The translations under genes were made by a program, and so were the position numbers. A DNA stretch of 63,987 bases, filler included, from Reclinomonas americana ATCC 50394 (lineage: Eukaryota), in the NCBI GenBank assembly GCA_048213135.1. It is 11 parts of 11 records of this genome, joined end to end, with 100 filler letters (N's around TTAATTAATTAA, not from the genome) between each part and the next. Parts side by side here need not be neighbours in the genome. Positions count along the whole stretch, not along the records: positions 1 to 9,041 come from AFZH01017641.1; positions 9,142 to 19,401 come from AFZH01017642.1; 9 more parts are not named here. One strand, 5' to 3'. Positions 1 to 13,903 of this stretch are shown piece by piece. Within the stretch, counting starts at the first letter, position 1. Each line of letters begins with the position of its first letter. Below the pieces are notes generated by a model. It saw only the letters and a program-made list of their open reading frames with translations. It was not told the origin of the DNA and did no database searches.

Positions 1-1
1 C

Positions 2-3000
2 ATGTCACCCGAGGCCACGCCCTCACGGCATTTCGTGGGTCGCGGCAGTTCTGGTGCTGCAGCGGCAGCAGCGTCAGCAGCAGCGTCGTCCGCCCTGCAA
101 CCGCCCACTCCATCGCCAGTGGTCGCTCGACGCAAGGCCTACTTTGACAATGACGGAATCCTCGCCGACGAAGACGAGAGTACAGAGGTGGAAGCCTCAC
201 GGGTGCGTCGCCTTTGTTGCAGTCTTTTTTTGATTTGAGTTTCTCTGTTGCTGATCGTGGCAGCAGCAGCCCGAGGAGGACGAAAACGAGGACGACGATG
301 TCGATGCGGCGCGTGATCTGGTGGCCGACGAAATCGTTCGGCCGCCAACGCCACCGCATAGGTCTCGCGAGGAACGAACAGCACAGTTGTCACCGCCGCC
401 GACTGCGCATGACGATGCTCTGGCGTCGGCACGTGTGGTTGCCGCGCGCCGAGACGCCGAAATCAGAAGGCTGGAGAGCGAGCTGCAACATGCCCCCGCA
501 GTTCGCGCGTACATGCCACCTCCGGACGAGGCACTCGACGACCGTGCTCGGTGGCGCAACTCGCTCTCACCGCGAAGCCCGCGTGCGGCCACCGCCATTC
601 CTGTGCCAGTGGTTCCACGTAACAGCTCGCCGCCACAACGGCCGTGGAGTCCGCGTTCAGCCGCCGCCGCTGCCGATGCGACTACCGCCAAGCCGGTGGT
701 GGTGAAACCGGCGGAGGACACACGACGCCGGTTGCTGTCCAATCGGCGACCCCCGTCGGCGTCGGCGTCGGATGCCGACGGTGCCTCCAGCCGCGTGGCG
801 GAGGTGCTCAGTCGCGCCGAGGCACGTCGCGCGCAGGCACGCGAGACGTCGCCGCCGAGTACCGTCGAGGCCACCTCAGTGCCAAAGGCAGCGGCCATGA
901 GGATCGAGCCGCCTGCCGATCGCGTCCTGTCAATGTCGCTGCGGCCGGCCAGCGATGGCAGCACAGCGGCCAAACCAGCATCACTTTCCTTGGCTGCCAC
1001 CATGCCCACCGTCACCACCGTTCCAGCCACCACCGCTGGCGCTGGCGCACCTGCTGCTCCGGTGGCCACTGGTAGCCGAGGACTCGGCGCCCGTCTGGCC
1101 GATTATTCGGCAGCTGGTGTGTGTTTGTATGCACAGGGTGGTTGTTGTGTGATCTCCGTGGTTGGCTGACGACACTCTCTGTCATTTGTGTGTGCCAGGT
1201 CTGTCATCCTGGTCGCCAGACAAGCCAGGGCGCATCGGTGCTGTACCGACAGTGCCTCGCTCTCGTTGCGTTACTCGCTTTTTATGTCTGGTGTCTTACT
1301 CGCGTGCTGACCGATCGCTCTGCAGCCGAGCAAATCCGCGAGTACAGTTTCGGTGGTGCATCACGTGCGTTTGTGGATGCTTGCTTTGGCGATCGGTGTT
1401 GCATTCTGTCTGTAGCTGACTGCGTTTTTCCCGCAGCCGATGTGCATGGTCTCAACGCCAACTCGGTTGCTTCACGTGAGTGCACCACCGTGTGTGCCGT
1501 GTAGCCGCTTCCTTCGTCAGTTGCTGATCTCGTCACCCCGCAGCCGACATTCGCGACTTGAGATTACTGTCGCCGGCGCCGTCAGAGCGTTCTCGTGACG
1601 ACTTCAAGGATCTGTCTCCGATCCGCACGAGCGAGCCGGAGGCCAGTATGCAGAGCTTTAGCTCCATGAATCTGGACGAATCACTCAGCCGTTCACAGCG
1701 TGGCGTGCTGCGCACCGTGTCACCTCCTCGTGCCGGTTCGTGCGCATCTTGAAACGCCCAGTAGCGATCTGTGTGTGTTTGTACTGACGTGTCGAGCAGC
1801 TGCCGCAGAGGCTCTGGACGACCCCGACCACGTGATTGCGGAGCTGCAGGCCACTATCGAATCGCAGAACGACCAGATGCGACACTTGGAGAGCATGATT
1901 AGCCGCATTTTGCAGCAGGATAACGAGGACGAAAAGGCTGCGGTGAGTCGCAAGTCTGTCACTTTTTTCCTGCACCGTGTTCATTCGTCTCACGGAAAAC
2001 AACGTCGATGCACGGCAGAGCGTCGATGAGCCGCGCACCATGTCTGCTCCAGCGTCAATGTCGCTGCCGGATTACCGTCGTGGTCTCCCTCCACCCATGG
2101 CTGCCATGCTGGCCTCGTCCTCGGTCGCCAATAACAGCAACAGCAGCAACAATAGCGGCAACAGCGGCAGTGGCAGAGCGGGCAGTGCCAAGCCAGCGTC
2201 ACTGCCGACCTCTGCCATGCGTCTCACACCACAGCAGCAGCAGCTGGCGGCACCGCAGAGGAAGACCTTTGAAGGACCTCCACTGTCGAGTTCCGCTCTG
2301 TCCAATCGGTCGCATTCACCCGAACGTGGATCCGGGTCGATGGCCAATCGCCGACCGGCCAGCAGTGGCAGTGCACGACGTGCGGTGTCACCAGAGGCCG
2401 TGGTGGATCGTCCTCCGTCTCGCGGCTTTGGTGTCTCCTCCTCGCGGACGCAGACAACTCGGCGTCTCTCTGCCGATCAGTTCGGCAATAGCGGCTCATC
2501 ATCCGCCGCTGCTGCTGGCAGCGGGGCGGGAGTGGCAGCTGCGGCCGGCGCCGGAACGGCCACGGCCAAACCAATGCGCATGCAACCGATGGAGCTGAGT
2601 CATCGCAACATGGTGTGGATGCAGCAGCAGCCCGTGCGCAAGGAGTACATTGACTCGCCGTCGAGTTTTGCTGGCCCCGATGCCGTCGATGGAATCACCG
2701 AGGTGTGTGAGGCATGCAAGAATGGGCAAGAGATGTTGACTGACGTGTGTGTGTTGCGTGTTTTGCAGTCACCGTCGGAGGCGGGCGATGACATGGAGCC
2801 GTCACCGCGGGATGCAGGCGCTGGTGTCGGTGCGCGTGAGTCAGCAGGAGCGGGCGTGGGAGGACCGCGACCTGTCCCTGGTCAGGCCACGTCGGCACGG
2901 AAGCTTGTGTGGGATGTTGCGTTTGTTGTTTGAGTGCGTGCCGCTGCCGAAGGAGCGGTCGCTGACTGTGCGCGTGTTCGTGCCGATTCCTCAGGAGAGC

Positions 3001-4570
3001 AAGCGTTTCTTGCAAGACGAAGACGAGGTGTATGTCATGTTTGCTGTGGGTGATCGCGTGACGGTGACCAACGAGCACCATCTCGGCGTGGTGCGGTACA
3101 TTGGGCGCAGCCGTTTTGCTCCCGGAGTGTGGGTTGGCGTGGCACTCGAGGAGCCATGTGCGTCATTTTCTCTGCTACCTCAGTGTGTGCAGCCAACAAT
3201 GACTCACTTCTATCTCCTTGCAGATGGCAAGAACGATGGCACAGTGCAGGGTATCCGCTACTTTACTTGTCCACAAGGACATGGTCTGTTCACTCGGCCG
3301 TCGCGCGTGATTCCATACTGGGAGGACGTACCACAACTGGCCAAGCACACGCGACGTGAGGGCCGCGACAGCACCGATCCGCTGGCACCGTTGCGTCGCT
3401 GGCTTTTTTGTTTTGCATTTCGTCCATCGTGAGACGACACTCACCAATGTGCCGAAATGCAGACGACGTGGAGCTCGGTCGGTGACACCGACATCGGTCG
3501 GCACACACGGTCACTGGCAACCACGCGGTGCTCCAGTCGACACAGAAGTCACAGTGGGTCGCTCGGGACGGTCGGTCTCGCCCCAGGGTCGCCGTACTCC
3601 ACGCGGTGTCTCGCCGGTGCATGTGGTTGGCGGCGGGGAGAAGACCTCGGCTCCCAACAGTCGCTCCACGACTCCTCGTGCACGATCGGCTGGTGTGTAT
3701 CTGTGCGAGTGCGCCACTTTCTGTGAAACGTGCTCACACTGCGTACAGGGCGAGCGCCGTCACCACGTGCCACTCGTGCCGTGTCGCCAGCCACTCGTGA
3801 CCACGCTCGTGACCAGTACGGAAGGTCGCCGTCACCAGGAGCGCGTGGCGTGTCAGGGTTGCGTTGCTGGAGTACCGCTCGCTTTGAATTTCATCTCCCC
3901 TGCGAGGCTGACACACACCGCATCGATGCAGTTCTCGACCACGGAGTGCCGGACGCTCTCGTCCCTCGTCCAATGGGTACGTCTCTGCAACAGGGGGCGA
4001 TCGGTGCTCAACCCTCTTCTCACCTTTTCCTTTATTGTGCTCAGGCGCGGGGCGACAGTCAGCTCCACGGCCACGGCCACGGCCACCACGCGCCGTGCAG
4101 TACCCGCGGCCTCCACTACCGCCTCCCGTCGACCGTTCTCCACCGCCCCCACATCACCCGCTGGCACCACCGGCACGGCTGCTGGCGGTAGTACTGTCGG
4201 TGGCATGGGTGGCGTGGCAAGTGCCGTGTCGGCTGGCATGATGGAACCGCCCAACGGCGGCGTGGCAGCCCATCGACGCACCAGCGCCTCGTCCACCACC
4301 ACGAGGTGAGCACGATAGAGAATGAGAAAATAGGGCGCGATGAACTCATTCGGGCCGGCACACAGTGGTGTCAAGCGGAGCTCTCGGTCGTCTGCCGGCA
4401 GTCGCAAGGGTTCTGCGAGTCCCGCAGCAGCGACCGCCGGCATTCCACTGGCCGCCGGGATTACAGTTGTTGCGAATGGTGGTGGTGGCAGTGGTGGTGG
4501 TGGAAGCGAACCGAATAGCAGATCAACCACACCAAGCGGCGCAGCGTCAAGACGGCGAGGCGGGTACTGA
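2..4570 (+). CDS. Multi-exon low-complexity (Ser/Pro/Arg-rich) protein with a CAP-Gly domain; may be 5'-partial
   Basis: Spliced exons at ~3040-3310 give GDRVTV...[37 protein letters not shown]..HGLF, the CAP-Gly GKNDG signature. Introns are GT-AG. The last exon ends ...SRRRGGY* at 4570. Confidence 0.8.
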
Positions 4571-4750
4571 TAAGAATGTTGTTGTTTTTTTCCTCCGCGT
4601 TTCGTGTTCCCAAATGCCCCCCCAAAGTGTACATCCACCGTAAATGCGTACTTGCGGCCCGTACGCTGTGATCAAAGGTGCTTGATCGCGAAGGGAGGTC
4701 GAACGTCACGACCGGTCCCACGCAACGGTTCCCGCAGCACCATCGCTCAA

Positions 4751-7700
4751 ATGTACGCCTCTCCGACAGGGAACGGTGCCTCCTCTGGCGCAGCATCCGC
4801 CTCAGGCGGTGGCAGTGGCGGCGGAAGCGGAGGCGGAGGCCCGTCGGCGGGTTCGGGGTCGTCAGTTGAGGCCGATGTGGTGGCCATGTTGCCGGCGGCG
4901 GTGCGACGCCGTGGCTTTGCGTCGCGCCAGTCGCGTGAGTTCCTCGATGTGGAGTACTTGGTGCGACAGGCGCTGCATTCGTCATCGGCACGTGTATTGG
5001 CACTCGTGCCCATTGGTGGTCCGCACTTGCTGACTCGCTTCGAGAAGCGTGCAAAGGTACGCACGCACGCACACAGCACACACAGTGAGAGATCGAGTGA
5101 GTGAGCGTCAGTGTGTGTGTGTGTGTATGTGCCTCGCTCGAGTCGTGTGCGGATTGTGCGCTGACGAAATCGGGCCCGCACGCACACAGGGTGCTCTGAC
5201 ACTGGATTCGCTGGTGGAGGTGTCGGCATTGAGTGACAGTGGCAATGCGTTGGATACGGTGGTGGAGCGCGGCTTCAAGTTGGCGCCGCAGGGTGGTCTC
5301 TTTCCCGTGGGCGAGTTGCCGCTGCGCAACACCACACGATCGGGTCGGCACGAGTATCTGGTGTGCCGGGCCGCGGTCGGACGTGCCTTCCCGGTGGAGC
5401 AGTCGGTGTTGACTGCGGAGACTCGACGTTGCGCGCACACTCATCTCTGTCGCTTCTGTGTGTGTGCGTGTGTGTCTGACACCTGGATTCGTGCAGCACC
5501 GGCCGGGTACGACTCGGTCTATGTGTTTTCGAGTGAGACGGAAGAGACGGTGGACAGCAGTGCGATTGCGGCACCGGATGGCACACCGAGTCGCGGTGCT
5601 GGCTCGGGGTGAGTGAGAGAGAGGGAAAGACCTCGTTTCGTTGTGTGGCTGATTGCTGTGCGCAGCATCTCGCGAGGTGGCGGTGCGGCAGATTCGGCCG
5701 GCAGCAAAGTACCGTCGTTCCTCTCGCACTATCCCTCCGATGGACTGTTGTACTATCACCGCTACGCGATGTATGACGATGCACAAGTGCTGCCGCTGTT
5801 TTATGTCATGTTTGAGTACGATCCGCTGGCCGATGAGTTGACCAAGGTCAGTTGTGCGTCGCCCTGTGGGGGGCATGTGGAGTGGGGATGTAAGTGCTAA
5901 CGATTGCTGAATCTCGTAGATTGAAGATGAGCTGAATGTGGCTCGAGGCATGTATGAGACACTGAAGCGAGAGGACCGGCTGGAGGACGCGCTGGCCCTC
6001 CGCGAAGACATTCGTCTCCTGGAGCGATCTGTGGAACAAACGCGACTTGGGTGCGTCCCCTCGATGGTTGCCGGCGTGTTGTCTCTCTCTGTCTGCTAAC
6101 CATGGTTCATTCGTCTGTAGTGTTGGGCGGGGTGAGAATGCGCAAGTGGCGCTCGCCACCACTCGGCAAGCGGTCGATCGTGTGCGAAACTCGCTACAGA
6201 CACGCATCGGTGGCGACAAGCAAGTTGAGTTGGGGGCAGCGGCTATTATCTCGTATTCTCTTGAGTTGCTCACGTGCTCGCCACTGTCGCAGCCTCGCTT
6301 CTTCGGCTACTGCCCGTCGCATCCGCAAATGGCGCTAGAGTTCTGGGATCCAGTGTGGAACCAGGCGATCTGTGTGTACGACAAGATGGTCGGCTCGCAC
6401 TCGTCGGGCGAGGGCGCGACGCACAAGCTGATACCCATCTCGCAAGCCTACGATCAAGCACTCATGACGTCGAAGAAGGAGGACCCGGGTGTGGAAACAA
6501 GACGGACAGCCATTGTGCAACACCTGGGCAAGATCGACGAGCGACTGGAGCAGGTTTGTCGGGGGAAGCACTGGCGGAGAGAGAGACTGTGTGCGAGACT
6601 CATTTGCGTGCTGGCGACACAGATCCACCGCAACTCGGCCGAGGTGCAAGAACAGTTGTACAGCTTGCTGCAGGAGGCCATGTTGAGGTTGCAGGAGAAG
6701 ACGCAAAACAAGGTGTGCAGTTGTTTTTTCCTACCAGCGATGCATCGCGGTCAGTGCGCTGACATGATGAGTTGTGCACAGTTGAGTGTGTTGCTGGGCG
6801 AGGAGGCTGAACTGCGACGACAATTGTCGCAGCTGGACTGGATGGAGGGTTTCTTGGACTACGAGCGCAAGATGCTTCCGCCACTTGAATTTTTGAATGT
6901 TGCGTTTGCGGACCTGCTCTCATTTCCGATGTGATTCCGCGACTCACACGAATCACAAACAGGCGTGGACTCGTCACTCGGCCGCGCGGACCGAGGTACT
7001 GAGGCGGCCACCCATGTCACGGCCGCAGCTGGATGTCGCTGCCGACCTGAAAGTGGCCGGTCAGTTGTCGGTGGTGGAGGAGGGTGCAGGTGGCGCAGAT
7101 GGAGGAGCCAGTGGATCGTTGCGTTGCAGGCGTCTCGTCGCTCTTGCTTGCTCCACTGCGTACGAAAAAAATAACACGCGCGCACAACAACAGTCGACCA
7201 GCAGGATCCGGTCTGCTGTCGTCCTCGTCAGGCCCGGGTGGCTTTGCGTCGGCGTTGGGCAACAGTTTTGCCACGGGCATCCGCTCGGGTCAGAATTTCT
7301 CGCTGCTCGGCATGTACCCGTCGCAGCCGTCGGCGGGCGGCGGCTCTGGATACGACGCGATGATGGCGGCGGGTATGACGCCGTCGGGTGGACAACCAGT
7401 GAGCTACGGCACACCGTACGACGGCGGCAGCGGTGGTGCGGGCGCGGGTGCCGGTGGATTCGGCCTGCAGTCGTACGATCCTGCCATGGGGTCGGCCGCA
7501 GCTGCCGGTGCACCACCAGGAGTGTACGGGTACGATACCGGTGTGGTCGGTGGAGGTGGCAACTATCGCGTGCCAACAGAGGTGAGAACGTTCATGCCAC
7601 GGGTGGGGAGAGAGACAGCGAGAGGGAGGAGCAATGGGAAGGGGAAGCGACAAGTGCGGGACAACCAAAACCAGCGTGGTGGGGAGGAAATAGAAGAAAG

Positions 7701-7884
7701 AGTGTGACGTCGACAGGAGGAATAGAGAGAGGGGGGGAGAGGAGGAGTGGAGGGAGAAGTCTCGCTCTTTTGTGAGAAGAAACTCATCGCCGTCTGTCTT
7801 GCTTCACAGTCAATATGGCGTGAGTCGCTGGCCCAGCATTTGGACGACGCTCGACGTGCACAAGGCAACGGGAGCGCCACGTAA
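4751..7884 (+). CDS. PARP/ADP-ribosyltransferase-like domain, degenerate B-box and coiled-coil protein
   Basis: Exons encode LVCRAAVGRAF..PAGYDSVY...YAMYDDAQVLPLFYVMF (PARP-like C-terminal strands), then GYCPSHPQMALEFWDPVWNQAICVYDKMVGSHSSGEGATHKL (B-box-like), a coiled coil and a Gly-rich tail. Stop at 7882-7884. Confidence 0.65.
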
Positions 7885-8059
7885 CGAGCGCCACCCACAC
7901 TCTTTTTTTCGCATAGCCGGCGCCCTGTTGTACGATTTTTTACCTTGTTCTCCTCTCTCTCTTTCCCTTCCCCTGATTATCCACCTTGATCTTGTTTCAA
8001 TCATGATGATCCACAACCAAAAGTATACCGCATCAACAACAACAACTCATCCACCGTCG

Positions 8060-8411
8060 TCATCTCATGGGACTGCGCGGCAATCGACGCGATGCAGTCG
8101 AGTCGGCATCGCCCAACTCCACACGCACAGCCGGCAATGCCGATGCTCCCTGTCCACCACCCACTGCTGCCGAGTCACCTGCACCTCCACCTCCACCACC
8201 GCCGCTGACACTCAACAGTTTGCCACCTGGCGACGCCGTTCCCACTGTCACCATGGCCGCATGTTGATGATGCTGATGTTGGAGATGACCGGCGGCAGCG
8301 CGGCGGCTGTGCTGTCGCTGCGAGGTGAGCATGTAGAAGGGGAAGAGAACGCCGGCGGCCACCACCAGCAGGCCAATCATGTAGGTGAAGAAGGAGAACG
8401 ATTCAATGCCC

Positions 8412-8445
<34 letters not shown>

Positions 8446-8489
8446 TGAGGGAAGAAGAAGAGAGACGCGACACTTGTCGCCGTTACCAT
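8060..8489 (-). CDS. Small single-pass membrane protein, or last exon of a longer gene
   Basis: Exon 8410-8060 follows a CAG acceptor and encodes GIESFSFFTYMIGLLVVAAGVLFPFYML (a TM helix) plus a His/Gly-rich tail. A possible ATG|GTAACG start lies at 8489. The 5' structure is uncertain. Confidence 0.4.
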
Positions 8490-9041
8490 TGTCGTCTCTG
8501 GTTCGTGAGGTTGACTGCTCGATCGCCACCAGGTGTGATCGTCTTTGCTTTGTGTGTGAAGAGTGAAGAGTGAAGGCCAGTGAAGAGGACAACTCATATC
8601 ATGTTTTGGAACTCTCCTTTTGTTCACTCAAGATCCACAAGTCGTCAGAGAAGGAGAAGGCTTGCATGCATACTCGGATGCAAGCGAGAGGCTCCTCGTT
8701 GTGGCCGCGGGAATGGGGGATTAAAAAATGCGAAGGGAAGGAAAAAACTGGAAGCAAGATGCAGAAAGGTGACCACGGCGCAACGCGAAAAAGGCGATCG
8801 CGAAAGTGTGCGAAACGCCAGGCGAGCGGTGGTCGGGAGGGGAGGGAAGGGGAAGGGTGCGAAAGAGACTGCAGAAGCGATCCCAGCGCAGGCATCAGTT
8901 CTAGCCGTGCGCTGCAAGATGCCGTCCACGTCTTCGATCGCGTCGACGCCGTTGACGTCGTGCGTGGGGGGTGGCGGATGTTGAGCCGCTGTAGGTGGTG
9001 GTAGGCGGCGGAAGGCGCTTACTGCTCCTCGTCGCTGTCGG

Positions 9042-9141
9042 NNNNNNNNNNNNNNNNNNNNNNNNNNNNNNNNNNNNNNNNNNNNTTAATTAATTAANNN
9101 NNNNNNNNNNNNNNNNNNNNNNNNNNNNNNNNNNNNNNNNN
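9042..9141. other. Artificial 100-nt linker (N44-TTAATTAATTAA-N44), first of ten
   Basis: Identical linkers occur at 9042-9141, 19402-19501, 27502-27601, 29938-30037, 34523-34622, 37332-37431, 45246-45345, 57271-57370, 60026-60125 and 61860-61959. The core places stop codons in all six frames. Confidence 0.98.
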
Positions 9142-9909
9142 CTCGGCTGCGGCCGTCGCGATGACAGTGTTGCGGTTCTCACGGTTGCGCTGCATGGAGT
9201 CGGTTCTAAAAGAGCACTACAAACACTGAACTAAGAAAAGGGGTGTGTTCTTCTGCTGAAGAAAAGAGGCAGGAGATGACGATTGCTCGAGAAACGAGAT
9301 GAATGAGAAATGAAGGCCGAAACCAGGCTATTTATACCCTCGGAGGAGCCATTCTCGGCCCCCTGCTCTATTTCTGGCCTCTGTAACGGCGGAGGGAAAC
9401 GGAGGTGGTCTACATTAGTGTGTGGTGGGGTGTGCATACGGGGGCGAAAGAGTATGTGTGTGTGTGTGGAGACGTGCGGTACGGTCATGGGACCTCGAGC
9501 GCGCTGCGTGCGGGTGCATGATCATGATTGCAGAAAATAGAACCCACCGTGCGCGACCGCGAGACTCGGATGCAGGTGGATGCACGAGCGGGTTGCAGTT
9601 TCCTTGTGGCGCCAGGCATGCTCAGACAATGGAAAGCCTTCCAGCACGGCAAATTTGAATACCCAGTATTGATATCTCACGATCGGAAATACTCATGTCA
9701 GCATCGCCTCCACCGACCTGCCACACGCAAGTACGCATGTAGGTCATTCTCCTCCGTTGCACTCAAATCGCCAGCTTGCACGAAAACCACACCACACTGA
9801 AAACGCATTTGTTCGGTCGCGAGTGGTGTGTACAGATAAGATTCTCTCTCGCACTCAACAACACCCACGCACGCTTCTGCACCTGCTGCTGCTGTCAGCT
9901 GCTGGGAAG

Positions 9910-12891
9910 ATGATAATGGAGCCGCCACCGGTGCCGCGCTCCCTCTTGCAGCAATCACCCGGTTTGCACTCTCACTCTCCCTCCATCGCATCACGCTTCA
10001 CTGCCCACTTGTTCTCTCTCACACACACACACACACGCACACACTCTTGCAGAAGGCCGAGTGCCATCGGTCCTCGCCTCTCGCGAGGCATTCGCACAGG
10101 CAGTGGCACCGCCATCGCCCACTCACTCATCGCCAGGTTTGTGCCATCGTGTTGTCAGTTTGCATGCATGCACTCACAAACACGCACTCTCGGGGAGTAC
10201 AGGCACCGGCAGTGCCGCCTCCATGGTGCGCTCGCCCACCACCTCCAAGCTGGCCATGCGCAAGAGCATGGGCGGAGCAAGTTGCGCTCTCTTTGTTGTG
10301 TGTTCTACCTATCCCTCACTCACTGCGAGATGTCAGGCCTGCCTCGCCTACCCGTGTATGTTTCGTCGCAAGACGTCGCCGCACTGCCCGTGCGACTCGA
10401 CACGGCGAGTTCCTCAAGCAGTCCGACCACCGCAGCGGGCTTCTTGACGCTGACGGTGGAGGATCGGGATGGGCCGGACGCATTCTTGCGACGAGTTGTC
10501 TCGCCGATGCAGTCGCCGCTCTCTCGTTGCGTGCCTCTCCCTCTGTCTGTCTCTTTGTGCATGTGAGTGCAGCCGCTCATTCATCGCGCGCACGCAGCTA
10601 TCGGAGACCACGTGGTTTCTGCATCACCACCACGACCATTGCAACAGTGTTGCGTGTTCTCTCTCTCTCCCCCCCATGTCACTCATTCATGCGCGCCACT
10701 CACTGGCTGGAGCAGTGGTGGAGGCCGGCCTGGTACACGCAGCGTGTCAGACAGGCGATGCTGCCTTCTTGGAGACCGTGTTGCGCGACCACGCGGACGC
10801 CAAGGCCGCCATTCTCGCACGTCGTGATGGATACAGTTTTCCCGAGGTTTGTGCTGGCAATCTCGCCATCGAGTGCGCGTCTCTCACGCCACCGTTTCGT
10901 CTGCAGGAGGGTGACATCCGCACCGCCAAGTCGGCATTCTCGCTCGCCTGTCGCTACGGTCACGCCGATGTGGTGGAGGTTTTGTTGCGGCATGTCGGCC
11001 CCGACGAGGCCACCGATAAACCTGGTCGAGCCACAGGTGCGCTCGCTTCTCACTTGCCCGTTTCCCTCTCTCTCTCTCTGTCTCTCTATCGCTGCCCAAC
11101 AACTGCCGCTGCTGGCAGGTCTGATGCACGCCGCAAGTGGCAACCATTTCTCCGTCATGCACCTGCTGCTTTCGGCCGGCGCCAATCCCGTGCACACTCT
11201 ACACGCTCCGTTCGCCTCCTGGACGCCGCTGCTGCGTGCGTGTCAGATGCGAGCGTCGCTGGTGGTTTTCGCTCGCCTGCTGCAGTCGGTGGCTCCCGGA
11301 CTGCAACAGCATGCCCTCGCCGAGGCGGTGCTGACGCCCACGGGCCTCAGCGACACGCTGGCTCTGGATGCGGCCGGCTACACTGCACTGCACTTTGCCG
11401 CGGTGGAAGGGCACGCCGATAAGATCCAATACTTGGTCGAGTGCGGCTGTCGGCTCGAGGCTGCCACCAAGGCTGGTGCGTGTGATTGCGCGTCCTAGCC
11501 GTGTACGTGTTCTCTTGTGATTCATTCATTGTGTTTTGCGTTGTTGTCGGCAGGCGAGAGTCCATTGCTGTTGGCGGTTCGTGCCGGTCGTCTGGTCGCA
11601 TGCGACGAGCTGCTGCGACACGGCGCCGATCTGGAGCATGGAGACTCTCACGGACGCACGCCGCTCATGACGGCCATTGTGCAGCGCGATGCGACTCTCG
11701 CGTCCCGCCTCCTCCGCTCCGGAGCGAATCCATTGGCAGTCGATCACGATGGTGCGTTGTGTGTTCCTTGCGGTTGCGTGGGGCGTGGTGCTGAATTGGC
11801 GGCTTCTTCTCAGGTGTCCACGCGTTGCTGCTGGAGATTGCGTACAGTGGCCCGCAGCCATCGTCGCTCTTTGGCGACATGCTGGCCGCCAGTCCCGAAG
11901 ACAACTACTTTGATTTGACGGAGAGTTGCGTACCAGTTGATCGGTTCGACAGCCCGTCATATCAACCTCACAGTGTCTCGTTTTGCCTTGCAGATATCAG
12001 CCTGTTGCACTGGTGCGCCGCCACGGGACAGTACTCGGCCATGGCAGCGGTACTCGATCGTCTGCGAAGGCTGTCGGACGGGCACACCCTCATCTCGCAG
12101 CTGGCCAATGCCCCTGTCGTTGAGTGTGGCAACTTCACCCCACTGGTGTGCGCCCTGTGTGCACCCGTCGACGGTGACCCAGGTCTCCTGCCTGTGCTGT
12201 TGGAGGTCGGTGCGAATCCCAGCATCGCTGTGCGTGTCGGCTCCGAAGGTCCGTCACACATGACTTGCTCGCCTGCTTCTAGTGCCTCACCTGGTGGGAG
12301 CAACGTGCAGACGGGGTGACGCCACTCATGTTTGCTGCGGCGAGTAAGAACACAGCTGCCGTGTGCGAACTGATGCGACACGGTGCACGCATGTGTGACA
12401 AGACAAGTGGAGGGTGGACGGCGCTGCATTTCGCGGCGGCCGCCGGAGCCTCGAGCCTCCTGTCGGTCCTCATCGAGTGCGGCTGTCACGGCGACATCGT
12501 GGACAATCGTGCGTATGATGGGCAGGTCGGCCCACTCCCCCAGACGCTTTCTCACACTCGCATAACAGGCAATCGCGATGCGGAGGAAGTGGCCACGCAG
12601 TCGCGCAACATGCTTTCGGTCGCGATCCTGGAGTCGCATCGACAGAGACGCAAGAGTCGGAGGCGGTGAGTCGTCATTCTGCGCATTCCCTCTTTACAAA
12701 GGTGTGCTTGTGCTGACGCCACTCGCAGGCGAAGACCTGAATCGGAGTCGGTCAGTCTCCGCGAAGTGGTGGCGCCACTCGCGGCCATTGTGGAACTGCT
12801 GAATGGTGGCGCTGCGCGCATGCTGCACCGTGTGCTGCAGGACGCCGTGCATGTGCAGCCGGTCGGCGGCGCGCCAGTGACTGTACAGTAG
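9910..12891 (+). CDS. Ankyrin repeat protein (multi-exon)
   Basis: Repeated ankyrin motifs: SAFSLACRYGHADVVEVLL, GYTALHFAAVEGHADKIQYLVECG, GRTPLMTAIV..LLRSGANP, GWTALHFAAAAG. Start is approximate. Confidence 0.85.
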
Positions 12892-12940
12892 CGATGCACG
12901 CCGATCGCGAAAAGAGTGTAACATGAAATGGTGAGTTGTT

Positions 12941-13787
12941 TCACTCGTCGTGCTCCTTGCCAACGGCCGGGTACAGATACACCAGTGCCACCTGCACACT
13001 GGACATGAGCAGACCGACCACGCACGGCAGCTGCATCCAAAAGTTGGGGTACAGAGTGCCGTAGAGACCCCACACAGCGTTGACGGCCAGGCTGATGGCG
13101 GTGCCTGTGAGTGAGATCGACGACGCGTCGCGCATGCGAATGATTGCCAGCTGCAGCGCCACCCGCACAAATAGGTGAGAGGAGTTGCATGCATGGAGGT
13201 GGCCGTGGGGAAAATGACGCACGAGCTGTGAGAGCGGCGTGAGGTTGAGGGCCAGCGTCACGGCCGAGGCCACCATGCCCAGCGCAGCGGTTGGCTTCGC
13301 CTGCCAGCTGGCCACGACGAGTGCCGCAATCCACACTGCCCACACCAGCAGAGCGCCGACGCCAGTGGGTCGCTGTGCACACCACACAACACGAAAGGAC
13401 GCATGTAAGGCATCGGAAAATACGGGCCGGGTGTGATGCTCGGATTTCACCTTTCTCTCTGCGCCGCGCCAGTACAAGTAGAGATAGTAGGCGGTGGAGA
13501 GTGCACCGATGGCGTTGCTGAGGATGACCACCGGATCGCGCAGCCACACACTTGTCGTCAAAGCATGAGATTGAGGCATTTGACGAGAGAAGAGCGATCC
13601 AACTCACTCACCCAAACGATGTCCACAGCAGAGTCATCAGGTGCATTACGGCCCACGGCAGGAGAGGAGTGCGCTGTTCGATCCTACCATGCTGGCTCCA
13701 CTGCTGCATGTCGCGACTGTGGTGACGATCGGTGTGTGTGAGAGAGAGGGTGGGGCGAGAACGGCTCTCGCAATTGGACAGAGCACA

Positions 13788-13823
<36 letters not shown>

Positions 13824-13903
13824 CGACACGTGTCGTACCATGGAGAGAGGAACGAGGTGACGGAGAGCGTCGTGCCAACCACCGTGAGTGTGGACTGCAA
13901 CAT
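12941..13903 (-). CDS. SWEET (MtN3/saliva) sugar transporter
   Basis: Two MtN3-like halves: FLSP...LPWAVMHLMTLLWTSFG..DPVVILSNAIG and TPLSQL..IIRMRDASSISL..NAVWGLYG..NFWMQLPCVVG..VQVALVYLYP. Confidence 0.85.

Noticed and set aside
4461..6011. 516-aa minus-strand ORF and many similar overlapping ORFs
   Set aside because: It is antisense to a motif-bearing spliced gene and reads through microsatellites. Such ORFs are expected in GC-rich DNA.
9042..9141. Recurrent TTAATTAATTAA palindrome as a biological repeat or target-site duplication
   Set aside because: It is always centred in an identical N block and gives stops in all six frames, so it is an assembly or concatenation linker.
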